Below, in pieces: positions 1-12,933 of a stretch of 64,000 nucleotides of DNA. Made by a program: the position numbers and the translations under genes. The stretch comes from Octopus vulgaris (lineage: Eukaryota), in the NCBI GenBank assembly GCA_951406725.2, contig OX597815.1:5332001-5396000 (forward strand). Direction: 5' to 3'. Position 1 is the first letter of the stretch. Each line of letters opens with the position of its first letter. The notes under the pieces are model-generated. The model worked only from the letters and a program-made list of their open reading frames with translations. It was not told the DNA's origin and ran no database searches.

Positions 1-33
<33 letters not shown>

Positions 34-113
34 ACACACATATATATATATAAAATGAGACAACAAAGCCAAGGCTGTGTGGAATTTTCGGGACATTTAT
101 AAAGATAAATTTA

Positions 114-161
114 GCCTTACACCTGTTTCTGGGATATCCCTAATACCTCTTCATCAGAGAC
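114..161 (-). ncRNA. Type I hammerhead ribozyme motif in a PLE-like terminal segment (from ~53)
   Basis: Minus strand: gtct-CTGATGA-a-gaggtat(taggg)atatccc-a-GAAA-caggt-GTA-aggc. Helix I gtct/aggc; helix II has one mismatch. Adjacent 53-110 is homologous to 15433-15501. Confidence 0.7.
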
Positions 162-799
162 AATGTGAGAAGGTTAAATAGAGGGAAATAGTAGAGTTTA
201 ATATGAGGAGTTATTTTGGAAAAGGCTGGAAATAAAAAGTATAAAGAGAAATAAGAGAATGAAAGTAAAAATAAATTTTGGATGTTATAGCTGCAGTTCC
301 GTTATCCAAGGAAAGTGGTGTGTAGAAGTGGCAGAAATGCTTTTTGTCCATGGTATGTAAATCCCGATAGGAGTTCATATTTTGTCATTACAAATGGCAA
401 GTGTGTTCATTCAAAGGGGCCTTGTGATGTGAATGAAATTTTGGGATTGTAGTGGTAGTATTAAGTAGATAGACAGGAGAGAAATGATGTTTATGATAAA
501 ACGAGGAGAATGGTCAAAAGGAATAGGTGAGTTAAGAAGAAAGAAAGTAAGAGGAAGAGAAAATGAAAAAGGGAGTGTTAGTTGGTGGTCAAGATATTAC
601 GAGGGGGATAGGAGAGGAGTAGGGGTGGAATAGGAAGATATAAGAATGTAAAGAATGAACATGTGTGAGGTGTGGGAGGTGGGGTGATATGTTTGAAAGG
701 CACTAAGGTGGAAGGATGGATAGAGAAAATGGTACGGGGCGGGGTACTGAGGCCAGTAATAAACTTCAAATAGGAAGGGAAGAATAATAGGATGTAATA

Positions 800-1215
800 C
801 TCTTACTCTTTACTCTTTTACTTGTTTCAGTCATTTGACTGCGGCCATGCTGGAGCACCGCCTTTAATCGAGCAACACGACCCCGGGACTTATACTTTGC
901 AAGCCCAGTACTTATTCTATCGGTCTCTTTTGCCGAACCGCTGAGTGACGGGGACATAAACACACCAGTATCGGTTGTCAAGCAATGCTAAGGGGACAAA
1001 CACAGACACACAAACACACACACGCACATACATATATATATACATATATACGACGGGCTTCTTTCAGTTTCCGTCTACAAAATCCACTCACAAGGCATTG
1101 GTCGACCCGGGGCTATAGCAGTAGACACTTGCCCAAGGTGCCACGCAGTGGGACTGAACCCGGAACCATGTGGCTGGTTAGCAAGCTACTTACCACACAG
1201 CCACTCCTGCGCCTG
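800..1215 (-). mobile_element. tRNA-derived SINE, family A, full length
   Basis: Minus-strand head ggcgcaggagtggctgtgtggtaag...ggttcagtccc (A/B-box-like), internal (TA/TG)n, tail ...tgactgaaacaagtaaaagag. Many homologues in the window. Confidence 0.85.
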
Positions 1216-1526
1216 TTCAATTTTCTAGAAATAGACAGAGGTGTTTATTGTACTGGCTAATGTGACAGTGGAGGCTGAAGATTCAGAGAGAGAAAGAAAG
1301 AAGTGTATATTGATATATGCACGCGCGCATACATGTAGATATACGTGTGTATATGCACTATTACGTAGGCTCGCATACTTATGTACTTAAATCCATACGC
1401 ATATATGCATACACACACATATATATTTATATGCACACACACATCCATAGATATATGCATATACACATACACATGAATACATATACACACACATACATAT
1501 ACATACATACAAATGTGTACACACAC

Positions 1527-1572
<46 letters not shown>

Positions 1573-1580
<8 letters not shown>

Positions 1581-1947
1581 GAAAGAATGGAGTTGAACGA
1601 CGATTTAACAAAATTCTTTTATTCTCGACATATGTTTCGAAGACTGCATATTCCTAATTTCGAAGGAATAAGGGGTGCATTATGCCGCCTTCTCATCAGG
1701 AAAGACAAGGAACTTATGTCAGCATGATGCAAAAACTCTTATTATCGCTATGGACTCCGTGTGGGCAGTCATCTAAGAGTTTTTGTTCATCATGATGCTG
1801 ACATAAGTTCCTTGTCTTTCCTGATGAGAAGGCGGCATAATGCACCCCTTATTCCTTCGAAATTAGGAATATGCAGTCTTCGAAACATATGTCGAGAATA
1901 AAAGAATTTCGTTAAATCGTCGTTCAACTCCATTCTTTCATTTATTT
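1573..1947. repeat. Fold-back inverted repeat (arms ~170 bp, loop ~32 nt) beside (TA)n; PLE pseudo-LTR-like
   Basis: 1573-1741 is the near-perfect reverse complement of 1774-1947. Confidence 0.93.
1817..1897 (+). ncRNA. Hammerhead ribozyme motif with extended helix II (mirror copy on - strand at ~1623-1703)
   Basis: tttc-CTGATGA(1821-1827)-gaaggcggcat...atgcagtcttc-GAAA(1882-1885)-catat-GTC-gaga. Helix III region is the palindrome ACATATGT. Confidence 0.85.
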
Positions 1948-2110
1948 GTATTAAAAACACACAAATTTCCACACGAAAGCACGTGATCTCTGCCCTTGGC
2001 ATGTAGCTTCAACCGTGTTTTTCTGACGTGAATTTGCTACCCGGATATCGGTTAACCGAATTATCCATACTAGGATAATTCATTCAACTACTTATATATA
2101 TAGGGGGGGG

Positions 2111-2292
2111 GGGGGGAGAGTTCACGAAAAAAAACAAAAGACGAAACAGGTAGTGTACAAAACAAACAGATGTATTAGTATAACTCTCAGGAATTGAAAA
2201 TGTCTTTTACGTTTCGAGCCTACGCTCTTCTACAGAAAGGGACACAGAAAAAGAACAAGGAGAGAAAAAAATGACTGTAGTGGCTACCGATA
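2111..2292 (-). mobile_element. Short non-autonomous repeat with hammerhead-like fold (CUGUNGA family)
   Basis: Homologous to 4140-4316, 5628-5805, 7982-8142, 11415-11556 and 46958-47150. Minus 2204-2239 reads cttt-CTGTAGA-a-gagc(gtag)gctc-GAAAc-GTA-aaag. Confidence 0.75.
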
Positions 2293-2344
2293 AAGGCGTT
2301 CAGAATGCTGGATGGTTGTAAAAAAATATATATTTATTTACGTA

Positions 2345-2421
<77 letters not shown>

Positions 2422-2515
2422 CATACACAGGTACGCATACAAGTATACATGTCCATACATGTATTATTAAGCAGTTGAAAAAAAAAAAATATATATGTGT
2501 GTGTGTTCCACAAAC

Positions 2516-2553
<38 letters not shown>

Positions 2554-2574
2554 GAATGTATGTAATCTTTTATA

Positions 2575-2924
2575 TTTTTATTCTTTTACTTGTTTTAGTC
2601 ATTTGACTGCTGCTATGCTGGAGCACCGCCTTTTGTCAAACAAATCGACCCCAGGACTTAGTCTTATTCTACCGTTCACTTATTGCCGAACCGCTAGGTT
2701 ACGAGGACTTAAATACAACATCGGTTGTTGAGCGATGGTTGGGGTACAAACACAAACACACAGACAAATACGGGTTTCTTTCAGTTTCCATCTATGGAAT
2801 CCACTCATATGGCTTTGGTTGACCAGAGGTTATAGTAGAAGACACTTGTGCAAGGTTCAGTGGGAGTGAACCCGGAACCATGCGTTTGGGAATCAAGCTA
2901 CTTACCACACAACCGCTCCTGCGC

Positions 2925-2926
<2 letters not shown>
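2575..2926 (-). mobile_element. SINE family A, diverged
   Basis: Colinear with 800-1215. Confidence 0.8.
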
Positions 2927-3008
<82 letters not shown>

Positions 3009-3031
3009 GCATACATATACATATATACATT

Positions 3032-3100
<69 letters not shown>

Positions 3101-3137
3101 GCATACATATACATATATACATTTACATACATACATT

Positions 3138-3207
<70 letters not shown>

Positions 3208-3249
3208 TACATACATACATTTACATACATATATATATATATATATATA

Positions 3250-3280
<31 letters not shown>

Positions 3281-3300
3281 GCATACATATACATATATAC

Positions 3301-3367
<67 letters not shown>

Positions 3368-3375
3368 CACACACA
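2927..3375. repeat. Compound (TA)n/(TACA)n microsatellite with higher-order repeats
   Basis: The block gcatacatatacatatatacatttacatac recurs within the TA tracts. Confidence 0.9.
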
Positions 3376-3935
3376 CGTATTTATGTGTGCATGAGTGTGC
3401 TTGAACACTTGCTTTCTAAATTTGCTGAGCGTTTTCCCTTCATCTAAATGACGTCCATAAATTTTCAATTCATCTCTTAACATTGCTTTCTTTCCATGAG
3501 ATTTCGAACACATTTTATTATTATTACTCTCCCACAATATTCGCTGCCGGCATTATAAGACTAAAAAAAAACAAAAAAAAAAAACTGCTGCAAAACACTT
3601 ATTTTAAATACCTAAAAACAAAAAAGACAAAACACAAAAAAAAAACAAACAAGCAGATCCAAGAATATTTCAAGAAATCCCGTGAAAACGAAGTTAATAG
3701 TAAATCTGCATTAGTTGTATGGTGAAACATATCGGTTCATGTTTGCAGTTTAGTTATAAATCATTTTGACAGGAAATCGGAGATGTCGACCTTATTAACT
3801 GAAGCTTACTGTTCTTGTAACAACTGGTCACTTCCTACAACATGCATGCATACATACATACATACATACATACGTACATACATACATACATAAACACACG
3901 CGTATGATCTGTATACGTGTGTGTGTGTATAAGTC

Positions 3936-3976
<41 letters not shown>

Positions 3977-4139
3977 TGTATATATATATATACATCATTG
4001 GTTACTTCTTTGTTGACGTCATTTTTTTCACAATTTGCAGCTGGGTGGTTTGTGTAAATGTCGAGATTAATAGCACAAGACTAACCCACACCCACTTATA
4101 CATACATACATACATACATACATACATACATACATACAT

Positions 4140-4316
4140 ACAGCCACTAGACCTTTTCTATTTTCTCTCCCTGTTTATTTCTGTGTTCCTTTCCGTCGAA
4201 GAGCGTAGGCTCGAAACATAAAATACTTTCTCACTTCCCGAGCGTTAACCTAATACATCTGTTTGTTGTTTACTCACCCGTCTTCGTCTTTTGTTTTTTT
4301 GTAAATTCACACTTCA
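4140..4316 (+). mobile_element. CUGUNGA-family short repeat
   Basis: ctttccgtcgaagagcgtaggctcgaaacataaaa at ~4189-4223; remainder colinear with 2111-2292. Confidence 0.7.
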
Positions 4317-4337
4317 TATATATATACATACATACAT

Positions 4338-4377
<40 letters not shown>

Positions 4378-4559
4378 ATATATGCATGTGTTTATGTTTG
4401 CGTGTATATATGTGTAATTATATACGCATATGTGCGTAGTAAAAATTATTGCAGTAAAAGAGAAGCAAGGGATAGTTTCATATGTGTGTGTTTGTGTGCG
4501 GGTATGCGTATGTGGGTGTGTATATGTATATACATATGTGCACACGTTCAAACGCTTCA

Positions 4560-4940
4560 TCATTCTTTTATCTTTTTCTTGTTCCAGTAAATGGACTACT
4601 GCCATGCTGGGGCACCGACTTGAAGGATCTCGTTAACCGGATCGATTTATTTTCACACTTTTTTATGCTTGGTACTTATTCTATCAACCATTTTGTCGAA
4701 CCGCTAGATAATGGAAACGTAAACAAACGAATACTGGCTGTTAAGGGGAAAATACATATACAAAGACAAACACACATACACACATTTGACGTGCTTCTTT
4801 CAGTTTCCGTCTAGGATATCCACAAACAGATCTTTGCTTGTACGGGAGCTATAGTAAAGAACCCAAGGTGACATCAAGCGGGCCTGAACCCTGAACCATG
4901 TGGTTGGCAAGCAAACGTCTTACCACAGCCATGCCTACTC
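4560..4940 (-). mobile_element. SINE family A, old copy
   Basis: Degraded but colinear with 800-1215. Confidence 0.7.
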
Positions 4941-5032
4941 CTACACGTTTAATCCATAAGCATGATGAATTCGACAAAATATATTTTGTTTCACCCTTAA
5001 TTGTCCGACCGGGTTTCTATGAACATGTCACG

Positions 5033-5121
<89 letters not shown>

Positions 5122-5138
5122 GTATGCGTGTGTATATA

Positions 5139-5568
5139 TCTATTGTATAAAATCCGTTCTGTCTGACTGTGTGTGTGTCTTCTAGGATCTCGGGCATCCC
5201 CCATGCGATTGCGCTCAAATTTGATATGTAGATACCGACAGTATCAGGGCGTGTATTAGTCTTGAAAACATTACAAAATTCGATTCCAGGTGAGAATGCG
5301 ATCGATACATCCGTAGGAACGTGCATTAGTACGCGCAATTACATCAGCTCTTGCGATCGGTACTACGCGTTGTGTGAATAAAATCGTTTTTCTTTGGAAT
5401 AGAAAAAAGTCTATCGTTATTTCTTCTTTTGCTGGTGTCTCAAATTTGGGTTAAATCAGTGTTTCTCAAAGGGGAGGCCTATGGGACGGTCGGACAAGTT
5501 GTTTTGAGAAAATTTGGTTTAAATGTTTGACAACTCACCACCGTTCATTGGACGGGGGCGCTTTGCTC

Positions 5569-5570
<2 letters not shown>
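5139..5570 (+). mobile_element. Non-autonomous Helitron/Helentron-like element
   Basis: 5' TCTATT.TATAAAA followed by ctgtctg; 3' end ggacgggggcgctttgctcgt; no TSD seen. A second copy is inverted at 7365-7914. Confidence 0.65.
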
Positions 5571-5627
<57 letters not shown>

Positions 5628-5630
<3 letters not shown>

Positions 5631-5802
5631 AGAGTTTACGAAAAAAACAAAAGACGAAGACAGATGGTGTACAAAACAAACAGATGTATTAGTATAGCGC
5701 TCAGAAATAGAAAAAGTATTTTACGTTTCGAGCCTACGCTCTTCTACAGAAAAAACAAGGAGAGAAAAATATGTGTGTAGTGGCTAACGATCTATCATGG
5801 CG

Positions 5803-5805
<3 letters not shown>
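5628..5805 (-). mobile_element. CUGUNGA-family short repeat inside (TA)n
   Basis: Colinear with 2111-2292; (TA)n on both sides. Confidence 0.75.
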
Positions 5806-5870
<65 letters not shown>

Positions 5871-5896
5871 ATGCATATATATGTATATATATACAA

Positions 5897-5939
<43 letters not shown>

Positions 5940-6056
5940 AAAACAATAAAGATTCAAGTTAATTTAAATGAATTTACTTGAATATGGTACCTAACTTAGA
6001 TGCACAAAAAAAAACTATACTGATTTAACAATACAGTAATGTGGGGTGATTATAAG

Positions 6057-6908
6057 CGAGAATGAAGCAACAAGAATGGATAGGTTTTTAGTACAATCGT
6101 TTCATACAAGGACAGGTTTTATTAAAAGTTGCAAAAATTACAGCATATAAACGTGTCCCGTACTCATCAGCTAAAATACATGTGAGTTCTCTAGACATCC
6201 TAGTGGTTGAGGCTATACTCATGAAGTAATGTAGATAATTAAGTAACATAAACAGATTTCAAAAGTTCATTAAAGTTCTTTAAAGATGATGTACAGTCTT
6301 ATCACAGAATTTTAAAAAAGTCTTAATAGCATCACAGAGAAGGTGACCTAATCCATAGTGCACATATGAATTTCCAGAGATATGATGAGGGATTACATAC
6401 TCACAGAAGACAAATTTATCCATTGTTAATTACAACGAGGTGGGTTTCAATTCCTGCTTATTAGCATGCTAATAAGGTGTTTCCACCTCTTATTAGCATG
6501 CTAATAAGCAGGAATTGAAACCCACCTCGTTGTAATTAACAATGGATAAATTTGTCTTCTGTGAGTATGTAATCCCTCATCATATCTCTGGAAATTCATA
6601 TGTGCACTATGGATTAGGTCACCTTCTCTGTGATGCTATTAAGACTTTTTTTAAAATTCTGTGATAAGACTGTACATCATCTTTAAAGAACTTTAATGAA
6701 CTTTTGAAATCTGTTTATGTTACTTAATTATCTACATTACTTCATGAGTATAGCCTCAACCACTAGGATGTCTAGAGAACTCACATGTATTTTAGCTGAT
6801 GAGTACGGGACACGTTTATATGCTGTAATTTTTGCAACTTTTAATAAAACCTGTCCTTGTATGAAACGATTGTACTAAAAACCTATCCATTCTTGTTGCT
6901 TCATTCTC

Positions 6909-6909
<1 letters not shown>
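6057..6909. repeat. Long near-perfect palindrome (arms ~420 bp, 12-nt loop) between (TA)n tracts
   Basis: 6057-6476 is the reverse complement of 6489-6909. An unpaired ~120 bp extension lies at ~5938-6056. Confidence 0.95.
6790..6880 (+). ncRNA. Hammerhead ribozyme motif with extended helix II (mirror copy on - strand at 6086-6176)
   Basis: ttttag-CTGATGA(6796-6802)-gtacgggaca...tgtccttgtat-GAAA(6863-6866)-cgatt-GTA-ctaaaa. Helix I is a perfect 6 bp. Confidence 0.87.
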
Positions 6910-6945
<36 letters not shown>

Positions 6946-7040
6946 TATATAGATATATATATATTTATATATACCTACATGCATACACACAAATACACAC
7001 GCACACACACACATATATTTATATACAGTGATATATAAAA

Positions 7041-7186
7041 ATTAAAATAGAAAATGAGAAAGCAAATATTTGGATTCACTCGAAAAACATTTAATTTAAA
7101 TAGAGATTATAAACATACATTCTTTATTTAAATAAAATGTATTTTGAGTGATGTCAGATATTTGCTTTTTCTTTTTCTATTTTAAT
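7041..7186. repeat. Degenerate fold-back
   Basis: attaaaatagaaaatgagaaagcaaatatttg pairs with cagatatttgctttttctttttctattttaat; pairing continues toward a centre near 7113. Confidence 0.75.
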
Positions 7187-7364
7187 CTATGTCCACGCAC
7201 TCAAAGAGAAACCACTTCCAGTCGCTTTTGCTAGGCAGTCTCAGCACCACGTTTTTCAGTTGTAGTTGAAGGCGAAGTTTTAGTGGTAAACCAATGCATC
7301 TATAGTACTATAACTGTTACATTAAGTCAATTGAAAACTTCTTGTATATTCTCTGTATAGATAT

Positions 7365-7914
7365 ACGAGCAAAACGCCCCCGTCCAATGGACGATGCTGA
7401 ATCATACCTGCTGAATAAAAAGCAATCAGTGTTTTCTTTTCATTAAAAAAAGGATTAAGCATGCCTTTATTGCAATAAAATTTTTGGTTTTGTTAAACGA
7501 AGTTAAGGCAAAAAATAACTTCTTGAGAAACCAAATAGACTTTCCTTCCTTCATGCCAAGTTTGAAGAAAATATCTCTTTTGTATCTTACTTTTTTGGTC
7601 TCTTAAATATACTGCATTTTGTGGCATTACTTCAAGCCAGCTGGCTTTTTTTTCGCAAATTGCACGTGCATTTTTCTCGCGTACGCGTACTATCGATCGC
7701 AACAGCTAATGTACTTGTGTGTACAAATGCACGTTTCCACGGCTTTATCGATTGCATTCTCACCTGGAATCTAATTATGTAATGTTTTCAAGACTTATAC
7801 ACGCCCTGATACTGCCGGTATCTACATATCAAATTTGAGCGCAATCGGATGGAGGGTGCCCGGGATCCTAGAAGACTCACACACAGATAGACAGAACGGA
7901 TTTTATATAATAGA
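7365..7914 (-). mobile_element. Non-autonomous Helitron/Helentron-like element (same family as 5139-5570)
   Basis: Both termini are reverse-complement homologues of the 5139-5570 termini. Confidence 0.65.
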
Positions 7915-8402
7915 TATGCATACATAGGCATATATATTTATGCATGCATGCATACATACACACATACATACATGCATACATAACTATTTTTCGCTCCTTG
8001 TTTCTTTCTGTGTTCCTTTCTGTGGAAGAAAGTAGGCTCGAAACGTTAAAGACTTTTCACTTCCCGAGCGTTATACTAATACATCTGTTTGTTGTCTACA
8101 CCACCTGACTTCGTCTTTCGTGTTTTTTTAGTGAATTCTCCGCATACATAAATATGACAGCTCTAAAGACAAAAAGAGCCAATCAATTGATTTAGTAGGA
8201 GTTACATATCTTATTATTTTAAACAGTTTGGTTCGATCTCATGCGACATAGTTTTGTGGGCTTCTTACTGAAATATATCTTGTAGGGGTCAGTTAACCGA
8301 ACCTAGATTTGCCCGAAGACCCAAGTTTCTCTCAGAAGTATTCGAAACTGTAAATCGCTTGGAGCCGAACGAAAATGTTTTAGATAATATATGTACGTAT
8401 AT

Positions 8403-8555
8403 AGTGGCTGTGTGGTAAGTAGCTTGCTTACCAACCACATGGTTCCGGGTTCAGTTCCACTGCGTTGCACCTTGAGCAAGTGTCTACTATAGCCACGGGC
8501 CGACCAAAGCCTTGTGAGTGGATTTGGTAGACGGAAACTGAAAGAAACTTGCCGA
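8403..8555 (+). mobile_element. SINE family A head fragment
   Basis: gtggctgtgtggtaagtagc...ggttcagttcc...gacggaaactgaaagaa. Confidence 0.8.
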
Positions 8556-8559
8556 ATGT

Positions 8560-9045
8560 ATTAGGTCGTCTAATGTAAACTTTGACAGCTGTTCATTTTG
8601 TACCATTATCATATTTTGACAATCTTTATTTTTTGTTAGAAAGCTCACACATCTATACATCTATTTCTTTATTCTAACTCATTTTGCGCTTTGTAAAGTA
8701 TTTATAATGTTTTACTATTTTTGTTTAGTGATGGATAAATCGGAAATTCGTACAGTTTTGAAATATGAGTTCTTACTTGGAAACACAGCATCACAGACAG
8801 CTCGGAATATTAATGGGGTATTTCATTCTAATGTTATTACACAACAGACAGTAGCAAATTGGTCTGCAAAATTTCGTTTCGTTCTGGTAACGTTAACCTC
8901 ACAAACGAGCAACGCACTCGACCAGAAACAAAGGTGAATAATGATGAACTGAGAGCCACCGTCGCGTCAGATTCATCTCAAAGTGCTGTGAAATATCGTT
9001 GTTCTTTAGTGTTAGCAAGCAAACAATGTTGACTCAACCAATTCA
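8560..9045 (+). pseudogene. Mariner transposase 5' remnant (N-terminal HTH)
   Basis: MDKSEIRTVLKYEFLLGNTASQTARNINGVF...TVANWSAKFR, then frameshifted; begins with a tattaggt TIR-like end. Confidence 0.75.
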
Positions 9046-9052
9046 TATATAT

Positions 9053-9097
<45 letters not shown>

Positions 9098-9102
<5 letters not shown>

Positions 9103-9545
9103 CAACTTATAAGAAAGGGCTAAAGAAGGTTATTCCAAAGCCAATATACTGATTTTCCACATATAATCCACTTGCTATAGAAAAATTGAACTGAAGTCGG
9201 GCAAACTAACCGTTAGAATATTTAAATTTCGTAAGTATCTTACTTATATTCTCTCGTAAGCTCTACCGATGAAGAATAAATCCTTTATGAGATTAATTCC
9301 GAAATTGATTCAATATAGAGATAACGAAATTTAATTATTCTAACGGTTAGTTTTGCCCGACTTCAGTTCAATTTTTCTGTAGCAAGTGGATTATATGTGG
9401 AAAATCAGTATATTGGCTTTGGAATAATCTTTAGCCCTTGCTTATAAGTTGTTTATAATTTTAACCGTAAAGGTATTTTTTAATATGCTGCCACATTTCT
9501 TGATGGAATTCTTTTCTGTGGAGAAAAAAACTTCATCCTATATTA
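9098..9545 (+). mobile_element. Fold-back PLE-like terminus (arms 9098-9232 / 9324-9456) with a mutated hammerhead in the spacer and an unpaired tail
   Basis: Arms are reverse complements. Spacer 9261-9320 reads ctcta-CCGATGA-...-GAAA-ttgattca-ATA-tagag. Tail is homologous to 30520-30588 and 55070-55149. Confidence 0.85.
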
Positions 9546-10849
9546 GTAGTATATATATATATATATATGATTACATACCCATAACTGTACATCATTTTCC
9601 TCACTACTCTAGCTTATGAATTTTTGTGTATATATATTTTTTCCTCCCCACCGAAAGATGAACCATTATCTTTCCTGTCTACAATAATAATGACCACCAA
9701 TTACCCCACTTTAGATTATATTACTATTTGAATCATTTATTCATAATTTTCACACACAACATTGACAAAAGATTTTCGTATGAAAATACGTAATTAAAAT
9801 AATTTTAATGTCATGATTAGCGAAAGCGAAACCGGTCGACAAACGCAATATAAAATATATAAAAAATATATTACAACTATGTAAATAGTGTGCATTTTCC
9901 TTCTTTAATTTTTTATACACCCACACATACACATATCTTATTTATGTATGTGCAGGACTGAATTTACAAACAGAGGAAAGTTATTGAGGAGAGAGTAAAA
10001 TTTATTCATTGAATCTGAATATATTTAGTATAAACTCGATGAAAAAGAGAAAATGAAGGAAGAATAAATTGTATACAAAATTTGAATGAATCATTTAATA
10101 AATTGACAGAGAGACGGAACAGGTGAAGTTGGCAATATCTTATTGACATACAATGTTTCTGGTATTCTACAGGAAGCAGTAAGAGACTTCCATTTATTTG
10201 GACAAAATGCCAGCATGTTTAACTTTTATGCAAATCTAAGGTTTCTGTGAAATGCTGCCTTTGTAACGAATTTGGTAAGCTCCTTGCTATGCTCCCACGC
10301 TCATTGCATGCGGAATCACTTGCGACTTTCGACGATCTTTATTAAAGCCATATAATCTGTCAAAAATAGCAGCAGCCGAAATTTCTGGATAACTATTGTG
10401 ATGCGTAAAGGTTTAATAGTTGAACTTTATAATGATGTTAGCTTATTATCAATATGTAAATCAAGAACTGTGAAACTGTACAAATAATATGAGAAGCTGT
10501 CAAGCGATCGTTACACGCAGTCATTGCTTATTTATGTATGCCAAGCTCTAATATGGTCAATGTGAAGCCATATTCTATTGTGCAATTTGCTTCAGTTTCG
10601 AAAACTAAAGAAAATAAGGTATATTTCTTATCGTTTATCTGTTATATTTTATGTGCTTCCGTTATTAGACTGCGGCCATGCTGGAGCGTCACCTTGAAGA
10701 ATTTTAGTCAAACAAATCGATCTCATTGCTTATTATTAGTTTTTTTTCGTAAAGCTTGATAATTTTTCTATCAGTGACGAAGACTTAAACATACCAATAC
10801 CTGTTGCCAAGTGGTGACCGGGGACCAGCAGACACAAAGACATACATTC

Positions 10850-10890
<41 letters not shown>

Positions 10891-10917
10891 TAGAGATAGA
10901 CAGACAGACAGACAGAC

Positions 10918-10972
<55 letters not shown>

Positions 10973-10984
10973 CGGTGGGGAAGC

Positions 10985-11335
10985 CAGTCGATTTGATCGA
11001 TCTCAATACGAAACTGGTACTTAATTTATCGACCCCGAAAGGATGAAAGGCAAAGTAGACCTCGGCCGAATTTGAACTCAGAACATAATGACATACGAAA
11101 TACCTATTTCTTTATTACCCACAAGGGGCTAAACACAGAGAGGACAAACAAGGACAGACAAACGGATTAAGTCGATTATATCGACGCCAATGCGTAACTG
11201 ATACTTATTTAATCGACTCCGAAAGGATGAAAGGCAAAGTCGACCTCGGCCGAATTTGATCTCTGAACGTAACGGCAGACGAAATACCGCTAAGCATCGG
11301 GCGGCGTGCTAACGTTTCTGCCAGTTCGCCGCCTT
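10985..11335 (-). mobile_element. SINE family B (internally duplicated body)
   Basis: Minus-strand head ggcggcgaactggcagaaacgttagc; the block gactttgcctttcatcctttcggggtcgat...aagtaccag occurs twice. Confidence 0.8.
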
Positions 11336-11359
11336 ATACATATATACATACACACACAC

Positions 11360-11414
<55 letters not shown>

Positions 11415-11583
11415 GGGAGAGTTCACAAAAAAATCAAAAGACGAAGAGAGGTGTTGTACAAAACAAACAGATGTATTAGTATAACGCTCAGGAATAGAAA
11501 AAGTCTTTTACCTTTCGAGCCTACGCTCTTCTACAGAGAAACAAGGAGAGAAGAAATCTGATTATGTTCTGCAGAGGGGATCA

Positions 11584-12225
11584 CACCATTTACCGTAGAT
11601 CTAGCCAGAAGAATGAACATAACCTATCTGCATTATTTACATTATTTACATTTGACGAATATTTGTCCTCATCTTGTTTGTTGTTAACACAACGTTTCGG
11701 CTGATATACCCTCCAGCCCTCATCAGGGATGAAGTTAAAATAACAGACAGAGAACACCACTGGAAAATACGAAAACTAAAAGAAGAAAACACATATGCTA
11801 GGACACAACAACCTCCTAAGCAGACCGAGTACAGATATGAGTTGCATATGGGAAACGGTTTTAAGGAAGGATAGGAAAATATTAGATTTATAAGCCCTGA
11901 AATTCACACCATAATTTCCCACGGGCAAATGGCGTAGTGGTTAAGAACGCGGGCTACTAACCTCAAGATTCAGAGTTCGACCGTATTATTATTATTATTA
12001 TCAATAATAATAATAATAATAATAATAGCATCGAAAAATACCTTAGGAATGAGAACCCAGGTTCGAAATTTCCCCAAGACACCTGATGAAGGCTGGAGGG
12101 TATATCAGCCGAAACGTTGTGTTAACAACAAACAAGATGAGGACAAATATTTGTCAAATGTAAATAATGTAAATAATGCAGATAGGTTATGTTCATTCTT
12201 CTGGCTAGATCTACGGTAAATGGTG
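11584..12225. repeat. Inverted repeat (arms 11584-11727 / 12082-12225) carrying a minimal hammerhead
   Basis: Arms are near-identical reverse complements. The spacer contains (TTA)/(TAA) runs. Confidence 0.9.
12079..12122 (+). ncRNA. Minimal hammerhead motif (no helix III, palindromic AACGTT)
   Basis: acac-CTGATGA(12083-12089)-a-ggctg...cagcc-GAAA(12111-12114)-c-GTT-gtgt. Confidence 0.8.
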
Positions 12226-12501
12226 CACCCTTAACGTAGTTCTCGGGGATATTCAGCGTGACACAGAGAGTGACAAGGCCGGCCCTTTGAAATACAGGTA
12301 CAACAGAAACAGGAAGTAAGAGTGAGAGAAAGTTGTGATGAAAGAGTACAGCAGGGATCACCACCATTCCCTGCCGGAGCCTCGTGGAGCTTTTAGATGT
12401 TTTCGCTCAATAAACACTCACAACGCCCGGTCTGGGAATCGAAACCGCGATCCTATGACCGCGTGTCCGCTGCCCTAACCAATGGGCCATTGCGCCTCCA
12501 C
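12226..12501 (-). mobile_element. tRNA-derived SINE family C, truncated
   Basis: Minus-strand head tggaggcgcaatggccca..ggttagggc...ggtttcgattccc; body matches 20408-20795. Confidence 0.8.
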
Positions 12502-12611
12502 TAATGTCACATAATATTATAAAACAGTATTATCCACAATCCAGATTATTTAACAGCCGTAATTTCAGCAGTGAAAAATATCGCCGTTTATAATTATGTA
12601 CCGGACGCTTG

Positions 12612-12617
12612 CTTTTT

Positions 12618-12681
<64 letters not shown>

Positions 12682-12812
12682 TCCTTCCTTCCTTCCTTCT
12701 CCTTCTTTCTTTCTTTCCTTCCTTCCTTCTTTCTTTCTTTCTTCCTTTCTTTCTTTCTTTTTCTTTCTTTCTTTCTTTCTTTCTTCTTTCTTTCTTTCTT
12801 TTTCTTTCTTCC

Positions 12813-12843
<31 letters not shown>

Positions 12844-12869
12844 TTTCTTTCTTTCTTTCTTTCTTTCCT

Positions 12870-12903
<34 letters not shown>

Positions 12904-12933
12904 TTCCTTTCTTTCTTTCTTTCTTTCTTCTTT
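12612..12933. repeat. (TTTC)n/(TTCC)n polypyrimidine microsatellite
   Basis: Direct reading of the sequence. Confidence 0.95.

Noticed and set aside
2792-3537. Long YI/HT/CV-rich ORFs here and at 32205, 34569, 49196, 58817 and elsewhere
   Set aside because: These are translations of (TA)n, (CA)n and (TACA)n tracts that lack stop codons, not genes.
6796-6866. SECIS element overlapping the long helix II
   Set aside because: No UGAN/NGAN quartet with correctly spaced apical adenosines could be identified by eye; SECISearch would be needed.
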